A DNA stretch of 64,000 nt from Lama glama (GCA_028534125.1 CM052816.1:87794001-87858000); one strand, 5' to 3'. Numbered from the stretch's first letter, positions 38,593 to 51,168 are shown. Notes: generated from the letters alone by a model not told the origin. A program made the numbers and translations.

Positions 38593-39924
38593 CCAAGAGT
38601 ACTTTTTGATTCTTAAGTAGTTTAGCTTATCAATATGCCGGGTAGCATGTATAAACCTTTCACTAAATAATTCTGCACTACAAGCCAAATTGTTAATCCT
38701 AGAAGGAAATGGTGTTCTGAATACTTTGGGGATGGTTGTAAAATGTCTATTAGAATTAATTTCATAGGGAATTTGTCATTTAAAAAGTAAAATGGTCTTA
38801 AAATCCATCAGTTTATGAATACTGTTTCATTGACATGGTGTGGTTGCATGATCTCTGCTCCACGAGAGAGTCTTAACAATACTGGTTATTTACTGTGAGG
38901 TTTTGACAAGATAGTGGACTTCAACTTCAGCATTTTCTAAAAACATAGTTAAATATGGTTGATACACTGTTTTCTAAAGTATTGTCTAGGTCCAAAATGC
39001 TCTTTATAAGTCCATGACATAATTAGTTAAAAGCTGGATTTCAGCACACAAATCCCTTCAAAATATCCATGATTCAGTAAGAACTTGGATAATGAAGATA
39101 CTGGTGATGATAAATTTCATGGCTTTTTTTGAACCTATCCTGGTTTTGGTTTTTGTTACTACTGACCTTATAATGTCGAAATCATGATATTGGGAATAAA
39201 AATTTTATTCTATAGTATATATTTATTCACATTTCTTTGATTAATTCTATAATCATCACTTCCCAGACAGAAATATACTCTATTTGCAGTCAGTATGTAT
39301 ATTACAGTTTTCAAAATTTTAAGATAAACATTGCATGGACATTATAAACACTCCCAGCATACTATGATGTTAGCTTCATGCTGCCATCAAAATAATGTGA
39401 ATGAAGGTAGTTGCTAATTTACCCATAACCAATAAACTTAGGTAATAGATGTGTTCAGTGACTTGACTTTTTGTACTGAAATAATCATCCGTTTGTCATT
39501 TTGTAGACAGAGACTTTTTTTCTTTTTGTGCTTTTTCTTCTTGAAATCACTCCAGGGCATCTGATCTTTTTAAAAAAAAACATTTTCTTCATACATTTGA
39601 GGTATTTTTTGTTTTCAGTGAGCTGTCTTCCTATCAGAATGATTTGACACTTTAATCGAACTTAACTATCTTCTTGTTTCTAATTTTAAATATTGTGCCT
39701 TAAAGTGTTTGTTTCCAATTTTTTCTTTAACCTCTACTTTTCCTTCTATCTCTTTTTCCCAACTGTAATAAATATTGGCAAAAGCAGCATATATTTCTTG
39801 TCCCCCAAACCTCAACTCCCTCAGATACTAACATCTGTGATTCAGATTAGCCTTCATCCCATGCTTATTATTCTTCAAAGTTTGCCAACAATCTCTTAAC
39901 TCAGTGTGAAAGTGTGTGTGTGTG

Positions 39925-40400
39925 TGGCCATAGTGATTTGACATTCCTAAAGCATTTGACAGTGATGATGGTTTCTTTTCCTTAAAGTTTCTCCTCTTTT
40001 ATGTATTAGTATAAATTGTTCATTTTATGCTCACTTCCAAAAATCACTATTTTTGGTTTCCTTTTTCTCTGCGTTTATATGTTATTGAGAAATCTTCTGT
40101 GAACAATATTTTTACCCTTTTACAAGCTATCTTTCTTTGAAGATTTCATGCATTCCAATAGTGTGAATTTCAAACTTTTTAGACCCTCCTAATATTAGAA
40201 TTTCATTCCTGACTGCTTCCTTGACATTTCCATCTGGAGTCCCTGAAAATAACTTAAATTCAACACACCCAGAATTCAGTAAGTGCCTCCTTCTCAGAAA
40301 AATGCATCATGGGATGACCCCCCTGAAGTATTGTTTGATGGCACGTTCTTTCTCATACCCTGCATGTACTTGGTTGCCAAGTTATATGCATATTTGAATT
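39925..40400 (+). mobile_element. L2 LINE fragment
   Basis: agcatttgacagtgatga...ctgcttccttgacatttccatctggagtccc...cttaaattcaacacacccaga. Confidence 0.6.
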
Positions 40401-40468
40401 TTTCAGTGTATGGTTTACATATTTCTTTATTTCTAACTTCTTGACACATGGACTAATATGCCTATACC

Positions 40469-40497
40469 TGTGTGTGTGTGTGTGTGTGTGAGTGTGT
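40469..40497. repeat. (TG)n microsatellite
   Basis: Read directly. Confidence 0.9.
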
Positions 40498-43039
40498 ATT
40501 TCCCCCTCTACTTACACACTCTATAAAGCACTTTGTACATTTTTTTTACTTTCTTTTTACTCTTGTTTTACTCATTTTTATTTTCTTGACTGTTTCAATT
40601 GAGTTCCTTTTTTTTAACAAAATTAACCCCAATCTTTATGTATAAAAGCTAAAACTGACAAGATCATTTTTGTATTTTATGAATTCAATTATTTAAATTA
40701 AATAAATTACTTTAACATACACACTTGCAAAAAGTGAGTGAAAAATGTTTCAGTAGTTAGAAATCCATTATTATAAAATTAGAAGTGTCCTCCACATCTT
40801 TATGTCCCACTGGAGTTTTGCTTTGTCACTAGCTAAACTGTAGTTGGCTATTTTGTAGAAAGTGATTTTTTTCTTCATCTCTTAATAACCCTGTATCTTC
40901 ACCTGGCACTTTAATTGTTGTTTATACATCCAATATACATCAAATACTACATATTTGATGACAACATGCTTCTTATTATCTTTGTCACCAAGAAGAACTA
41001 AATCAGTTCTGGGCATGGCATTGACACTGGTTTGGGTGCATAGGATGCCTTTGAAAACTATTTGTCGAATAAATAAATGGATTTTTTTTTCTTCATAGAA
41101 AGTCTCTTGAGGACAAGGACAATATTTTCACATACAACAGCCACTAAATTCCAGCACCTGCCTAACAGTTTCTCAATAAGCAAGTGTAGAATTTAAGTAG
41201 TCCTTGATAGAAAATCTTTTTCAATAAAAATATATTCTTGAACCTAGTGTCTGAAATAAAAGGCAAAATTTCTGAAATCTAAACAACATTTTTTTAAAGT
41301 TTTCTAAGTGCTATTGTGAATCAAATGAGTTTCTATTATCATTTTGTGGCCGTGATTCATGATGCAAAATACTATTAATCCTATGTAAAATATTAACCAG
41401 TTTTTGTTATTAATTCACATAGAGGGTATTACATAAATGATATTTATTTGAATATACAATTTTTTAAAACCTCAATTGTATACCTTCGAAAATAACTTTT
41501 GAGAAAAAATTGATAAAAGTCAAGAACGCTGTTAGTTTTCTATTTCAGTTCTATACATCACGACAATAGTAAATCTATTTAAGAGATAAATGAGTTTTGT
41601 CCATGACTGTTATGGATTCTGTATGGAAACAACATTACATGTGTGAAATACAGAATCAGATTCTTAATGACCCCATTCTTGCATCTGCGAACTGATTCAT
41701 AACATTTCACAAAATTCTGATAAACTATGGGACACTGAAAATTGAGCTTTATTGCAGAAAGTTAAAAATGTATGGCTTCAGAATTGTTGTGATTCATGTT
41801 TTTCAACCGAAAATTGGAGTAAAGTAGGCTGGCAATCAGTTCTCTGAAAGTGACAGCCATAATAACCTGGTAGGGAATTCTCAAAGTAGTTCATTATTTT
41901 GACCTTTGGAAGGTATAGATTTAAGGGGAATTTAACTCAGAAGCACAGATGGAAGAAACATCTACTTTCCTTGGCTAATATTAGACAGTCACTTAAAAAA
42001 TCGAGAAGACCCAATGGTAAGTTTTGCACAGAGGAGAGGAACCAGTGTATACATATTGTGGGTTCTTAATAAATGCTGTTGTCATAGCTGTAGCTTTTAC
42101 ATAACCAACAAGCATACCGCAGACCCAGTGGCACCCATGCTTTTACTTTGTGGCTTCTGGCTGTCCACATCTTTAATGCAAATGGATGTACCTTTTAGAC
42201 AATGCTATTTTTGTGTGGAGTAATTCCATTTTCATCCAAATGTCATTCCTTTCAGCTTTTATTCACTCCTGCTACTGTTCTAATTTATAAAAGGATGAAT
42301 TCCCTCTATCTTAGCTTATAAATGAATATATATGGATTTTAAAATGTGCGATTATAACCTCTTAATCTATCACCAACCTCGGTGCTGATGCATGTCAATG
42401 AAATTCAGCTATCAGATTTAGCTAACTTGCTTGGGATGTATTTTTCTGAAAAGTGTGTGAATTTGCAAGAAGGTAGAAAGAGGAAATAAAATGACTCTAA
42501 AATTACTACTATACCATCTCCTATTACCAAACTAAAATTGTTTCCTATCCTAGTGTCAAGAATTTTTTAAAGAAAGGAAAGAAAAATGGCTTTCTCTCAA
42601 ACAATGAAAGACAGTTTGACAAAGCAAGTAAAACACAACCACTGATGTATCTGCCTGACAACCTAAATGAGGCATAGGGCATTCAGAGTCGTAGAAATTT
42701 AGATCTGGAAGAAATATTAGAAATCACACCTGGCCATCTGTCAGCCCACAGAAAGCTGGGACCAAAGAGACTTGGTGGCTAACTCAGGTTCACAGAATTA
42801 ATTAGTGTCAAACATGGCAACCCTATAGCAAATTTTTCTAAGCTCTTTTAAGGGAGTTCTTTGTATTACATTATGTTGCCTGTTACATAATTATTTGCAT
42901 AAATAATATATTTAAATGTTTCCTTAGAAGCAGCATTTCATAGTTTTTATGAATTTGCCTGTAAGTAGTTTGAGTCCTCCAAAAAACTTCTGTCTGACCT
43001 TACCTCTTCTTTGCAATAAACCATTCATTTGTGCCCCAT

Positions 43040-43452
43040 CTTATTCAGAGACAAAGCCAAGGTCTATCCAGTGCCTACAGGGTCTGAAGTGGACCATTCT
43101 AACCCTGCTCTCTTTTACCCCGTCTCCTGTTTCTCCCTCTCATAACAATTGGCTCCAACCACATTGTCTTCCTTAGTTCACTGCAAACAGCTCAGTCATG
43201 CTCCCACTCCTAGGGTCTAAACTTCCACTTTCTTTTCCTGGGACACTCTCTCCCCACATACAGGTGTGATTCAATCCCATGTCTTCTTTATCTCTGTTCA
43301 AATCTCACATTCTAAATGAGTCTTTTTTCTGACCTGTCTACTCAAAGTTTGTTTTATTTTTAATTCACTATTGTATCCCTACCTTCAGAAATAATGACTC
43401 AATCATAAGAGGCCATCAAACTTTTTGTTGTTGCTGAATTCATAAATGAATT
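43040..43452 (+). mobile_element. L2a-like 3' region
   Basis: gctccaaccacattgtcttcctt...tcatgctcccactcctaggg...ctgttcaaatctcacatt...ttgttgttgctgaattcataaatgaa. Confidence 0.7.
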
Positions 43453-45702
43453 AAAAAGAACTATTAATTTTCTCCAAAGAATAAACTATAAATTATATAA
43501 AGCTACTAGGGAGTGTGACTCAAATACTCCTTTGTTGATATCCAAAGATCACACACTGAATTATTATCAAAATACATATTAAATCTTGGAATATTTAAAA
43601 TCTTACCAGTATCATTTTCCCTATATCAACTGTTTCTTATTTCATTCCATTTTATAGCTTTCTTGCTTCCTTTAGTCAATAATTGTGGCAGCTAAGAGCT
43701 ATTCATATCTCTTTGTCCTCACCGGTGGAATCAGCTAGTGGTATGGAGGAGAACAGTGAATACTTAAATAAATCTTTAAGTATGCTAGTTATACCTATTT
43801 TAAAAATTATATGTACGCTGTGGAATTTAGATTAATATTTGGAGATAAAAATAGCTTCAAAATTCATGTTTATCTTCCATCTACAGAATCCATCCCTGGA
43901 AGAAAAGTAAATAGACAGAAATGTGATAGCCACACTTTGTGGAGTGTTACACAGCAATGTAGAGCAGCAGGTTAGATATGGCTCCAGATGCACAGAAACA
44001 TGGGTAGAATATAAATCTTTTGAATTTGGTTAATGTGTCTCCTGAACCTAGTCATTTGTGGAGGTAAAAACTAAATGGACTGGATTCTTAGAAAACTGGG
44101 GAACAGATGTAAAAAGATCCTGATTCCATTAAAGTTTGCCTATCCTATAAAACTCCTGTCTCTGGAATGGTAGATTTCTTCCATAAATTCTCTGGCCCAG
44201 TTCACTGTAAATCTAAAAGCCTTCCCATGAATCTATACGTATCATCAGAAGATTACTGTTAAAAAGTTGTGGTGCGGTTCTGTGAGGAAATTCCAGATTA
44301 TTTATATTTACGGATAAATTCTAGCCACTAAAACTTATTCTGGGAGTAGATTCCAATTTTCAGTCTTATATTAAATAATGCTACAAAATAAGAATTAATC
44401 AATATTTAATTAATTTTATGCCATTATTTTTCCAAAGAAAGACATAAAGCTGGGTAACCACATGTAATGAAAGTGTCACCAATATTCCCTGAACAGCAAA
44501 TAACTAAGTTTTATCTTCTTTAGAGTCAACTACCAGGGGATAAGTTCCTTGTTCAAAATCAACATCTCCCATCTATTTCTGGATAAAAGATTCATTTCAA
44601 AACTTAAAGATAAGAAACAAATTACACAGAGATTAAATGATTTGACTTAAAATCAACAGTCTGTTATCTCCACTTTAAGATTGTTTCCCATATTCAGCTT
44701 CCTTCCAGCAATCGAAAGTGATATTTGAAAAGTATTTAATGTACTTAAGAACTGAAGGTAAATTATGAGCGCAAATACAATTTGAGTGACGTAAATCAGG
44801 TTTAGAAGCAGCTGCAAGACAGGGAGCACTTTTCACCACATATGTTATTGATTAACTTAGATCAAATCTTGGAGTATGGAAGGAATGCGTATAAAGTACT
44901 GAACTGTGATTGTACGCTGATTAAATATCAACATAAATACATTATCTTCTTTTAAAAGCTTCACACAGTTTAAGTATACGGTGTCATTTAACTCACTTAG
45001 AAGCACACACATGCACACATGCACATATACACCTCCCTTTACAATTAAAACAGAAATAGGTCCAAAATCTTTTGCTTTTCAAAGGGGAGTGCTGTTGTCT
45101 TGCATGCTTTCACAAAGCTCTGCGTTCCTTTTTTAACACTGATGCACGTACAAGTGAAGCTTAGCTGCGTTGTCTTCAATATTTAATTGTTTATTGAACA
45201 AAGTGGCAAAACTTGATTGCTTAGAAAGGTTTACTCAGAAAGGTTTACTGAAATCATTTGGAAGCTCCTCAACTAGAACCCACTTCACTCTTCAGATTAG
45301 CACAATTTAATTTCCTCTATTAATAAAAACTCCATTTCTCTAAAATAAATAGCATGTGTACTTGAAGCCATAGGAATCAAATTAATTAGGACAAATTACT
45401 GTCTATTCAATGGTTTTTTTAAATAAACATTTCCTTCTTAGTAGTTTTAATACTGTTTTCCTCCTTTGGAGCTTAATTAATTATAGAAGGTTGTAGTAAA
45501 CTACAAAATAAAGTTTCTCTCTGGTTTGGTAAATATCACAAATTGAAAATCATTACATCTAAAGATATTTATTTTAATATTCATGATCTAAATTGGAAAT
45601 CATATTTAATTGATCCTGGTGCTTAATAAATGCTTCACAAGTATTGAGGAAAGTTAATATAAAATGACCATTCCGTGATATCCTTACTGCTTTCTTAATG
45701 TA

Positions 45703-45720
45703 GTACATATATACATATAT

Positions 45721-45763
<43 letters not shown>
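45703..45763. repeat. (TA)n microsatellite
   Basis: Read directly. Confidence 0.95.
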
Positions 45764-45766
<3 letters not shown>

Positions 45767-46189
45767 TGAGCATTTAATTAATAGGTCAATTTCCAGGGAT
45801 ATATTTTGAAATTGGATTCTAGTTTCTAGGTTTCTGGGTTAGACAGATTCTGTAACACAAGTTAGCAAATTAGTTCATATGCCCTGTAGTTTCCTAAGTT
45901 ATTTGATATTTATGTGCTGTTGTGATTAATAATTCATATGCTAGTATGCTGTTATTAAATAACAAACATATAATTTTTCAGATACATTTTTATTAAGATA
46001 TACCTGTGTTGTGGGGATTTTTCCCCTCTTCAAACTCTGTTTTTCTCCTGTAGGTATCATAAACTTAGTTTCCATATTTTACCTAACAAAATTGGATTTC
46101 CATTAAAAATGTTTTGTGATGTTTTAAAATAATAAAATATGTGTTTGCTGTAACTATGGAAGTTATGCAGATTTTTTTTAAATATGCAA

Positions 46190-46830
46190 TTATTTATTGT
46201 CCCATCTATTGTTTCCCTTCCATCTCAATGCCTTAGGAAGCCAGTGATAACTTGCTGGTATCCATCCTCTACACATCTGTAGAAACATAGATATTCTAGG
46301 ATAACTAGTAAATTTAATATAACATGCAGCAATTTATGTCTCTCAATATTTTTTCATCCACCAGATCAGTTTTTAATATTCATCTGTTATCAGTGTAACA
46401 AACATCTAGTTGTTATTTTTATTAGCATCAGACTATCCATTATGTAGATACGACACACACTTATGCAACCTATTACCATTGAATGGAGCAATTAATTTAC
46501 ATGTTCTAGCCACTAAAATGACATTTTAATATATATATTTTTATATAGGCCTATAAGTATTGAGACTTTTATTACTAGAGCCTAGTTATCACTAAGTGTA
46601 ATATTGCTGGATCCCTGAGTGTAAATTTGTCATTCTGATATCTAGTGCAGATTTATTTTCAAAAATAGTGTAGCAGTTTAGACTACATTCAGTGATGCCC
46701 ATTTCCCTACATGTTTATGCATTATGGTTAACACTTGAATCTTTAACCAATACAATGTTTTTGGAAGAAGAGATTTATTTTTAATTTCTATATTCTTAAT
46801 TAGAAGTGATGTGAACTAGAGTACCATTCT
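46190..46830 (-). mobile_element. ancient L1 3' region (L1ME-like)
   Basis: tatccattatgtagatac...cctattaccattgaatgga...aatattgctggatc...gtgatgcccatttccctaca follow the order of antisense old-L1 3' blocks. Confidence 0.6.
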
Positions 46831-46879
46831 TCATGATTTAAGATTATTCCCCTGAAATGTATTAACAGCTTTTTTTTAG

Positions 46880-46973
46880 ATTTTATTTTATTGAGTTATA
46901 GTCAGTTTATAATGTTGCATCAATTTCCAGTGTAGAGCGCAATTTTTCAGTCATACATGAACATACATATATT
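46880..46973 (-). mobile_element. very short, young L1 3' tail (camelid-like)
   Basis: ttttattgagttatagtcagtttataatgttgcatcaatttccagtgtagagcgcaatttttcagtcatacatgaacatacatatatt. Confidence 0.8.
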
Positions 46974-46974
46974 T

Positions 46975-47465
46975 TTAAGAAATAAAAATAATTGCACCAG
47001 TTGTAACAGATAAGGAAGACTTTACTAAAGATTATTATAATAGAAAAGAGAGATTGAATTCATCTTTGCTGAGACAAATGGCAGAGGAGTTTTAAGTGTA
47101 GGGGTGAGCTAATCGAAAAGTGTTGCAGGACTTGTCTAAAGACTGGGCCTCTGTGTTTACTAATTGCTGTTTGTTCAAGGTAATCTCCTATCTCCCCATG
47201 GGACGTGGGGGCCTCTATCTTTCTTGTTGACTACACTTCAAAGGAATGGCTCCCTGGTCTTTGAGAAACAAAAAATTGCTGGGTTGTAAAAGTGACAAGA
47301 GGCTGGAAGATGATTTATATCTCAAAGAGGTAGAGAAATAATTTATAATTGCACGTTTTCTAAAGTAAATGCTCTGAGAAAAGGGAGGTCAGGGGGCCTA
47401 AGGCAGAAAGAAAGCTGTCTTAAGGTTTTTCAGGCTGAGGAGAACCTTCAGGCCATCTTGATCTC
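46975..47465 (-). mobile_element. ERV1 LTR (MER31/MER67-like)
   Basis: Minus strand reads aggccccctgacctcccttttctcagagcatttactttagaaaacgtgcaattataaatt...ccagcctcttgtcacttttacaacccag...gggagccattcctttgaa, close to recalled MER31. Confidence 0.8.
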
Positions 47466-47599
47466 TACAGACAAAGTAACTTGTGCCTGTGGTTACCTTC
47501 TCTGGAGACACTTTACTTGCCTAATTCTTTCCCCTTAACTACCACCTGCATGAGAAATTTGTATCTGTTAATCCTTGCCCTATGTCTGCATTTTACTGA

Positions 47600-47655
47600 A
47601 ATTATCTATTTATCTATCTGTCTATTTATCTATCTGTCTACTTATCTGTCTATAT
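47600..47655. repeat. degenerate (TATC/TGTC)n repeat
   Basis: Read directly. Confidence 0.8.
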
Positions 47656-47915
47656 AATCACCCAAGTTATTCTCTCATCTGTTTTTAATTCTGGAATATT
47701 GTATTTGCTGAAAGTATAACTCCTCTATCTCAACAACTTTTAAATAATGCATACTATTGACTAAAGTGTATGTTTATATTTCAAAATTCATCATTTGCCA
47801 TATCTTCTTTTCATTTCCCATTAAAAACAGAACAAAACAAAACAAAACTGTGTTCTGATACTATAACTATTAGTACTTTCTCTAGTATTGTCCAAAGCTG
47901 GATAGGTGGTGAAAG

Positions 47916-48379
47916 TGTTACGGAAACGACAGGCCAGTCAAGAAACAAGCACCACTCGGAGGGTTGGAGTACTCAGATGTATTACGCCGGCGGGCTCAGA
48001 GGGGCTTCTGCTTCGAAGCTCTGAGCACCTCCAAGACGTGTGCATGAGGTTTTATAGGGTAAAGTACAAGCTTGGGGTATTCGGCCAATAGGCATGGAAC
48101 AGCTTTAGCAGCATTATCATCACAAAAGTGGAGGCGGGGAGGCACCAAACCAACATTCCAAAGCCAGATACATATCTTTGAAAATCCAGCTGGCTAGCAA
48201 AAAACATGAACAACAAAACAACGCTAATTAACCTAGATTTACAAGTTAGTCCAGCAGAACTCAGATCAGTATTCCAATACTTAGATTTGTGAGTTATCTC
48301 GTTAGCCCAGCCCAGCCTCTTCTTCACATTCCTAGACTTGTGAGTTATCTTGTTAGACCAGCCCAGCTTTTCCTTCACA
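47916..48379 (-). mobile_element. young ERV1-class solo LTR, 464 bp
   Basis: TGT...ACA termini; perfect 4-bp TSD aaag (47912-47915 and 48380-48383); minus-strand TATAAAA at 48050-48056; CCAAT at 48085-48089; many intact CpGs. Confidence 0.92.
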
Positions 48380-48499
48380 AAAGCAATGAAGTTTCATATG
48401 TTTGATATGATCTTGCTCCTTATGTTAAAAATGGAATTGTCACAATTGGCAGTATTTAGCATTCTTGAGTGACAGCTACCTTCTCTTCATCACCCATGG

Positions 48500-48801
48500 A
48501 TTTTATTCCAGTGCCTTTCAGTTTCTACTGTGCAGCTGAGAAGTCCCATGGTTAGCAGATTTTCTCTTCCTTTTAGGAAGACTTTTCCTTCTATTCTGAA
48601 GATTATAAGATTTTCTCTCTGTTTTTTTTTTTTATCTGAATTGAGAATTTGTATCCGGGTATTATGAATTGCATGTGATTTTTCATTAATCCTGTCTGGG
48701 ACTTGACAAGTACTTTAAATCTCCAGGCTCAGAGAAAACTACATCTCTTACTTGGTTTTCCTTTTCTTCAATTCTCTTTTTCTTTCTGGAACTCTTTTTT
48801 C
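48500..48801 (-). mobile_element. ancient L1 fragment (ORF1-region-like), host of the neighbouring LTRs
   Basis: ctgagaagtc...ttataagattttctct...tttcattaatcctgtctgggact...tctttctggaactc resemble antisense L1M blocks. Confidence 0.45.
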
Positions 48802-49298
48802 TGTTACCGGGAGGAGGGGAATAAGAGATACCTAGATTCTTGGTCACCCGAAAGAAATGAATTTTTAACGACAGAAAGTGTGATATAATTAAGATTTCAT
48901 TAGAAAGGTAAAAAGGTGGTAAAACATAGTACACTCCTCTTATATCCTGGCTCAGGGACATTTTTTGGTGATTGATTTATGGCTCAGTTCCTTGTGCTCA
49001 GGCAGGCCCATCCCTTTTGTGCTGGTTCTTGTCCTTGATGCACACAGAGAAACCTACGGGAGGGGCTCAAACTGCAATATTAGTTACATTATAATGAACA
49101 TTGGGTCAGATTAAGCCGGGTCCTTCTCTCTACAGTGCAGTTACAGATCCTAGCCGGCTTCTTTGCTGGCCCTCATTTAGAGAAAGTAAAAGTTTTTGGA
49201 GCCCCTTATCCCGAGCCCAGGTGCACTGTCATTTTCTGGGTTGCCCTGTCCTTTCCTCTCCCCTTGCCTGGTGCTCATTTCTATCTAACTGCCTAACA
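48802..49298 (-). mobile_element. ERV1-class solo LTR, 497 bp, related to the LTR at 24548
   Basis: TGTTA...TAACA inverted termini; flanks tttc/cttc (3 of 4); shares tagtacactc and the tgctcat...cta.cta.ctgcct...aaca end with the 24548 LTR. Confidence 0.85.
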
Positions 49299-49312
49299 CT
49301 TCCACTCCTTCT

Positions 49313-49813
49313 TGTGGAGCTGGCTGGCACTCTCTGGAGTCATAACCCTCCTCCCCTGGGCTTTCTGTGTGCCTGGAGCCTATTGACACTTTAGCCCCCA
49401 CTCCGCACTTGCAGGACCCGCCGCATACCTGCATTTCTGCAGGATATAAAACATCTTCTCTTGATGTGTGTTTACCCTAACAAAACTCATCGCCCCAGGA
49501 GATAGGCCATCTCACAATACCCCAGGCCTCACATCCTGCCCTTATCAAAGTCATAAAACCTGCTGTTCAGAGAAGTCCCTGACAGATCTTACAACCGACC
49601 AGGAACCTGTGCACAAATTGGTCAGGCAGCCCCTGCTCCTTGTGTGCACAGCCCCCTCCTCCCAATGAAAGTCCCTGCACCCCCATCACCAGCACTCTGG
49701 TCTGTGTGGCCCACCGTTGCCTGTAGCAGCATCCCTGTTAAACTTCCCTAACCTCTTTTCAGTCTCTGGTAATTCTTTACCAACCCGTGTCACTGTGTTG
49801 TGTGCCAACAACA
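49313..49813 (+). mobile_element. probable solo LTR, ERV1-like, family not identified
   Basis: About 500-bp GC-richer block, TG start and caacaaca end; U5-like gtctctggtaattctttaccaacccgtg; flanks cttct/cctct (4 of 5). Ends uncertain. Confidence 0.6.
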
Positions 49814-51109
49814 CCTCTTAGGACATTTATTTCCTGGTACAAGTTTTTTAGCATTTTCCTATTACATTCCATTTCTTTTTATATTTAATCAACATTAAGT
49901 GTGATTTCTTTCCTGAGTCTGCAGAACATCAGTTTAGGTTTTAGTTGTGATTATCCTATATTTTCATTTAAGTGCATTTTAAATTCAGTTTATTAATAAT
50001 AGGTATTACATTTACATACTTGGTCCATTTCCTCCAGGTAAAAATGTTGGCTGTCTCCTAACCAGCAAGAATGTAGACAATTTAGTTAAGCATCTTAGCT
50101 CCCAGCCAGGTCTTCAGGGTCAGCAGAAGCAGACAAGTCTGCCCAGAGTCCCTAGGTAACCGATTGCCATTCCACAGGTGGCAGTTTGCACCCCAACTTG
50201 CCTTAGAAAGCGTGAAGTTGTTCTTTGTCCTTTCAGAAAAAAATCCTCTCCTCTCCCTTTAATTTTCCATCCTTATCTGATTCTGGGAGAACATCTGGAT
50301 ACACTTTCTTATATTCTGCCACTTTTCCTACCAATAGAAAAGAACAGAGTCACCGACATCTCAAGTCATCCTTTACTTTCTGGAAACCAGATTACCATTC
50401 TAATATTGGAAATGTTAACTGGAGTGAGATGTGGAAGGAATTTTCTTGACTAATAATATTTCTTTTCAAAGCAAGGCAAATCGAGTGGTCAGCTTTTTGC
50501 AGTACTGGTTCTGTTAATACCATAAATGGATGTGTGGTTGTTTTCAAACTACTTAGCAGGAGTATTTCTAATACTTGAAGTTATATTAGGTATTTAGTTT
50601 AAACCATGGCAATTTCAAGCCAGAACATGACATTAAACAGCCAGGCTTTCTTTACCAGCTCCTCTCCTGTAAAGCTCAGCATCTTGCTCAAAAACACACG
50701 TTGTACGTAAAACAGGCAGCTCACTCAGATCTGTCACTAACTTATTCCCCTTTTCTTTCCCCAAACAATCAGATCTGTCATTCTTAACTATAATAATATA
50801 AATAGAGTGAAAAAGAGATACAAATATAGACATGAATAGGAAGCCTTTTTCATCACACAATGTATGGTGATACTATTTTGAAGAGGCATCTGGTGAATTT
50901 CGGTTACAAAAAACACATTCAGTATTAACATTAGAGCTGTCCATTTATGCTCATACATAATTTTAAAAATGATCGTATTTTTTCACTTCTCTATTAATTA
51001 GTAGATTTTTTCCTAATCCTTCCCATCCTCAAGACAAGTAAGGCTCAGATAGGAGATGTAAGGAGACATGTTTGCATGTGTCATCAATCAGCCAAAGAAT
51101 GGGTTTTAG

Positions 51110-51168
51110 CCAACGATCAAACTTTTTATCCAACGATCAAACTTTTTATCCAACAATCAAACTTTTTA
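51110..51168. repeat. 20-bp minisatellite, 3 copies
   Basis: ccaacgatcaaactttttat twice, then ccaacaatcaaacttttta. Confidence 0.97.

Noticed and set aside
45223..45249. 14-bp-period tandem duplication of agaaaggtttact
   Set aside because: Ordinary slippage duplication with no further structure.
48052..48378. 108-aa minus ORF with a 17-aa internal repeat
   Set aside because: Translation of the 51-bp duplication inside an LTR; non-ATG start.
24548..49298. Related LTRs at 24548 and 48802 as the two ends of one provirus
   Set aside because: They differ in length and sequence, have separate TSDs, lie 24 kb apart and enclose no gag/pol/env.
51110..51168. CRISPR-like reading of the 20-bp repeats
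   Set aside because: Head-to-tail copies without spacers, in mammalian DNA, with no cas genes.
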